64,000 nucleotides of DNA, taken from positions 27,538 through 91,537 of the forward strand of contig CAWECK010000006.1 of the NCBI GenBank assembly GCA_963807715.1, given 5' to 3'. Below, one piece after another: positions 60,877 to 64,000 of the stretch. The stretch is from an uncultured Planctomycetia bacterium (GTDB lineage Bacteria; Planctomycetota; Planctomycetia; Pirellulales; PALSA-1355). How positions within the stretch are numbered: the stretch's first letter is position 1; every line of letters starts with the position of its first letter. A program made the position numbers and the translations under genes. The notes under the pieces were generated by a model. It was not told the DNA's origin, did no database searches, and worked only from the letters and a program-made list of their open reading frames with translations.

Positions 60877-60913
60877 AGAGCCGCCCGAGCATTCTTGGGC
60901 GGCTCTATTTTTG
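60877..60913 (+). terminator. Rho-independent terminator
   Basis: AGAGCCGCCC gagcattctt GGGCGGCTCT followed by ATTTTTG. Confidence 0.6.
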
Positions 60914-61035
60914 CGCCGAGTAAACTCTTCCGCTCGCTTCCAGATCTCACAGGGAGCATTGAAACCCCCCGGTTATGCCCCTAAATGAAATCCCCAAACC
61001 TTTGCGGCAATACGACTTAACAGCAGCGACTACCA

Positions 61036-62118
61036 TCACAACACGGACAGCGTCGGCAATGGGGGCGCCGCCTTTCGGCTGCTCGCCAGGTTCTTGACCA
61101 ACGTATGACAAATGGCCTCCAGATACGACGCCGACGTCGGATCGATGAAGTTGTTGGTCGTGTCTCCTTGGTCTCCGCGGACGCGAATCTGCATGTTGAT
61201 CGGCACCTCGCCGAGGAACGGAACATCCAGTTCCGCCGCTCGCTTCTTGGCGCCGCCGCTGCCGAAGATGTCGTACCGCTTGCCGCAATCGGGACAAAGG
61301 AACCCGCTCATGTTTTCGACCATGCCCAACACCGGAATGTTCACTTTGCGGAACATGGCGATCGCTTTCACGGCATCCAAGAGTGCCACATCCTGCGGCG
61401 TACACACCACGACGGCACCGGTCAGCGGCAGCAATTGCGACAGGGTCAGCGCAATGTCGCCCGTGCCCGGCGGCATGTCGATAATCAAATAATCCAACTC
61501 GCCCCAGGCCGTATCGCGCAAAAATTGAGTGATCGCTCCGTGCAGCATGGGCCCGCGCCACACCACGGCTTCTCCCGGCGGGACCAGGAAGCCCATCGAC
61601 ATGACCTTGAGCCCCGCGATTTCGATCGGCTGAATGCGGCCTTCGACCACTTCCGGTTTGCGATTCACGCCCAACAGATGCGGAATGCTGGGGCCATAGA
61701 CGTCCGCGTCCATGAGGCCGACCTTGCTGCCCGCCCGTTGCAAACCAATGGCCAGGCTAGCCGCGATCGTGCTCTTGCCGACGCCCCCTTTGCCCGAGCC
61801 GACGGCAATCGCGCTCTTGCTGGTCAGTCCGATCTCGCCGAGTTTCAGCGGCGGCCGGACATGCTCCATGATGTCGACGGTCACCTTGGTCACCTGCGGA
61901 AAGCGGGAACGGAGCAACGCTGCGACGTCCGTCCGCACATCTTCCTTCAGCAGGGCGCTATGCGTCGTCAGGCCTAGACTAACGGTCAATTCGTAGCCGT
62001 CGCTGCGAACGCCGAGCATCTGTCCCATCTGCGCGAGCCCACGGCCGGTTTCCGGGTCGGGAAAGTCAGCCAGCACGGCTTCGACGGCGGCTGGAGATAA
62101 CGACGATGATTCGGCCAT
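61036..62118 (-). CDS. mrp: Mrp/NBP35-family Fe-S cluster carrier ATPase (ApbC)
   Basis: Start MAESSSLSPAAVEAVL; DUF59-like N-terminus; Walker A IAVGSGKGGVGKSTIAASLA; CPDCG Fe-S ligand motif (FLCPDCGKRYDIFG). Confidence 0.8.
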   Translation of the reverse strand: MAESSSLSPAAVEAVLADFPDPETGRGLAQMGQMLGVRSDGYELTVSLGLTTHSALLKEDVRTDVAALLRSRFPQVTKVTVDIMEHVRPPLKLGEIGLTSKSAIAVGSGKGGVGKSTIAASLAIGLQRAGSKVGLMDADVYGPSIPHLLGVNRKPEVVEGRIQPIEIAGLKVMSMGFLVPPGEAVVWRGPMLHGAITQFLRDTAWGELDYLIIDMPPGTGDIALTLSQLLPLTGAVVVCTPQDVALLDAVKAIAMFRKVNIPVLGMVENMSGFLCPDCGKRYDIFGSGGAKKRAAELDVPFLGEVPINMQIRVRGDQGDTTNNFIDPTSASYLEAICHTLVKNLASSRKAAPPLPTLSVL

Positions 62119-62193
62119 ACCGATAAACTTCCTTCCAAAAAAGATGGCGTTACTTGCCCCAAGGCACTGTACCGGTCGCCCCATATCCCGGCG

Positions 62194-62679
62194 TTATTCA
62201 CCCCAAGGCAATTCAGCCCAATATTTTTCGCTCCATGATAATGTCGATGGCGGCATACGCCGCGCCTGTCGAGATACGATCTCGGCCAACGGCCCCAGTT
62301 GTCGCGGAGAGGTTACGAAATGGGCCGTCCCCACTTCTCGCAGCCACCACTCCAGCGGTGCCAGATGGCGCTCGGCCAACACAATCGACCGCGTCTCGGG
62401 ACAGCGCTGGCTGACCCAGGCAACAAACGCCGCGACGCGAACGGTACGTTCGGCCGTCAATTCCACAGCCACCACGCCCGTGCGTCGTTCGGTCAGCTCG
62501 CGGCCGCATTCGCTCAAGCTCCGCGTCTGACGCAGCTCGATCGAAGGTCCCATGGTCCGCCGCAATGCGGCGGACCATGCGCCGTGCTGCTCGCAGACGA
62601 TCAGATTCACGGCAGCCATCGACGCTCTTTCGCCTCGCGATTCTCGATCCGGGACATCCTTGGCCGCATGCCCGGACAT
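62194..62679 (-). CDS. Hypothetical protein between mrp and the sigma-54 activator
   Basis: ORF 62194..62829 trimmed to Met after activator stop; no recognised domain (MAAVNLIVCEQHGAWSAALRR...). Confidence 0.25.
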   Translation of the reverse strand: MSGHAAKDVPDRESRGERASMAAVNLIVCEQHGAWSAALRRTMGPSIELRQTRSLSECGRELTERRTGVVAVELTAERTVRVAAFVAWVSQRCPETRSIVLAERHLAPLEWWLREVGTAHFVTSPRQLGPLAEIVSRQARRMPPSTLSWSEKYWAELPWGE

Positions 62680-62785
62680 CTCCGCCCGCCCCATCCTAGG
62701 TGCATGTGGCAAGATTGACAAGCGGCCGCGTTGACAAGCCGCGATACCGGATGCTGACCATCGCTGCAGGCATGCAATGCATCCG

Positions 62786-64000
62786 TTAGGGCGCAGCTGG
62801 CCGTTCTGTGGCGGGCGGTTCCAGGCCAAGCTGTACCATGCGGCGATACAATCGCGGGCGAGTCAGCCCCAACAGTTTGGCGGTACGGCTTTTGTTCCCC
62901 TTGGCCCGCCGCAAGGCGCTCGATCAGTTCACGCTCCATGCGAGCCAGAAAATCTTCCAGCACGATAGCTTCCGTTGGGCGCTGTGGATTCAGGGCGGCA
63001 TCGGCCGCCAAGAGCAATCGCTTCGGCAGATCGCGGGGACCAATTTCCAATCCTCCGGCGTGGGCATGAGCCTCGGCCACAAGTTTCGTCAGTTCGTCAC
63101 AATTGCCCGGCCACGCGTAGCCCGCCAGCACGTCGAGCGATTCAGGCGTAAAGCCCGCCACCTGCTTGCCTCCCGCGCCATTGATCGCTTCGAGCAGCGC
63201 CTGGGTCAATTGCGGCAAATCGCTCACACGCTCGCTGAGGGGCGGAAGCTGAATGACGAGCGTGGAGAGCCGACACGCCAGGTCATGTCGGAACGTGCTT
63301 TCCGCCCCCCGCGTATCCAGCGAGCGAGTCGCCGTGCCGATCACCTGAACTCTTACCCGTTTGGCAGCCAAGAACTCGGCCAGCGCCGGCTGCACTTCAG
63401 CCGGCACCTGGTCGACGTCGTTCAGCAGCAAGGTGCTGATGCGTCCGGCCGGGGCGTCAGCTTCGTTGTTCAACCATGCGCGGATCGTCGACCAAAGCAG
63501 TTCGCCTCCCAGGGCCCCACAGGCCAGCGGCAGCAAGGAGGCGTTCTCGTCCGAGCCACGCGCGTAGTGGATCGAACGGGCGAGGTGCTCTTTGCCGCTG
63601 CCCGTCGGTCCGACGATCAATACGTTCGTGCCACTACGGGCTGCCAAAGCCGCCTGCTCGCGGCGAGCACGATCACCGGATGTTGGCCGACGAATCGATC
63701 TGGGACAAACCGCCGTGCGAACTGGCGGCGAAAAAGGACTAGTTGCTGGTGCAGGTCTTCCGAGGTCGGTTCCGAGGTCGCGACGGCGGCGGTTGCACGT
63801 TCGGCGCCGATATTGGCGGCCTCATTACCCGCAGCACTGATCTCGGCAGCGTCTACCAGGGCCAGCACGGGCGCCTCGCAATCACCACCTTCGGTCAGTG
63901 GCACGTATTCAATCCAGCGATTCAACGGCCGGCCATCGACAGCGATGCAACTGCGTTGCACGCGACGGCGGCAGCCACTGAATACTTCGGGCGGAGGACA
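62786..64000 (-). CDS. Sigma-54-dependent Fis-family transcriptional activator (partial; N-terminus beyond window end), two apparent frameshifts (near 62880 and 63640)
   Basis: AAA+ core NVLIVGPTGSGKEHLARSIHYAR ... GAF(T)GA-like ESTFRHDLACRLSTLVIQLPPLSER ... GYAWPGNCDEL; true C-terminal Fis HTH GNKSRTAKLLGLTRPRLYRRMVQLGL found in +1 frame ending TAA at 62786; upstream sensor part in ORF 63617..63961 frame. Confidence 0.65.

Noticed and set aside
60621-60923. 100-aa ORF MFRVRPVSNRCDLGGHRDG...
   Set aside because: Spans three SD motifs, two short uORFs and the terminator hairpin; its frame reads the Lys-codon run as acidic QEESCEEE low complexity. Replaced by the micro-ORF interpretation (itself low confidence).

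Overview
High-GC bacterial chromosome segment that is almost certainly from a Planctomycetes-type organism. The support is the N-terminal motifs FEALEGRSLLTA and [12 protein letters not shown], a TIGR03000 domain, DUF1080 and DUF4034 proteins, many ECF sigma/FecR pairs, and the absence of classical cell-division genes apart from one SEDS protein. The window is gene-dense on both strands and mixes housekeeping genes (lpxB, an Mrp/ApbC Fe-S carrier, SEDS RodA/FtsW-like, PCMT, two M50 proteases, a sigma-54 activator) with accessory content. The accessory content is as follows. (1) An IS630-family element (2413..3638) with TA target duplication, roughly 20-bp terminal inverted repeats and an A7 programmed-frameshift site. 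It has inserted into one copy of a roughly 90-bp hairpin-containing REP/MITE-like repeat that recurs at least five times in the window. (2) An IS1380-family element (about 18136..20042) with a frameshifted transposase. (3) A copper/silver-type efflux cluster comprising a CusB-like adaptor with two C-terminal YHS/TRASH-like domains, a double-HMA periplasmic protein, a Cys/His-rich secreted protein and a TolC-like OMF. (4) A PfkB sugar-kinase joined in frame to a cyanophycin synthetase, next to a secreted phytochelatin-synthase-like papain-fold protein. (5) A GAF-domain-fused alpha-glucan phosphorylase, a tri-domain GT2-like/GT25/SAM-methyltransferase protein, divergent ECF sigma factors with a FecR anti-sigma, a single-chain tandem retropepsin-like protease, and an HflK/C-like SPFH pair. 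A striking technical feature is the very high number of apparent single-base frameshifts, roughly 30 or more. They are concentrated between 29 and 37 kb and between 51 and 55 kb. Several occur as compensating pairs that restore the downstream frame, which argues for indel sequencing/assembly errors rather than true pseudogenes. Features marked frameshifted should be read with that caveat. No rRNA, tRNA or CRISPR array was recognised by eye. Coordinates of starts are inferred from ORF track plus manual inspection and may be off by a few codons.
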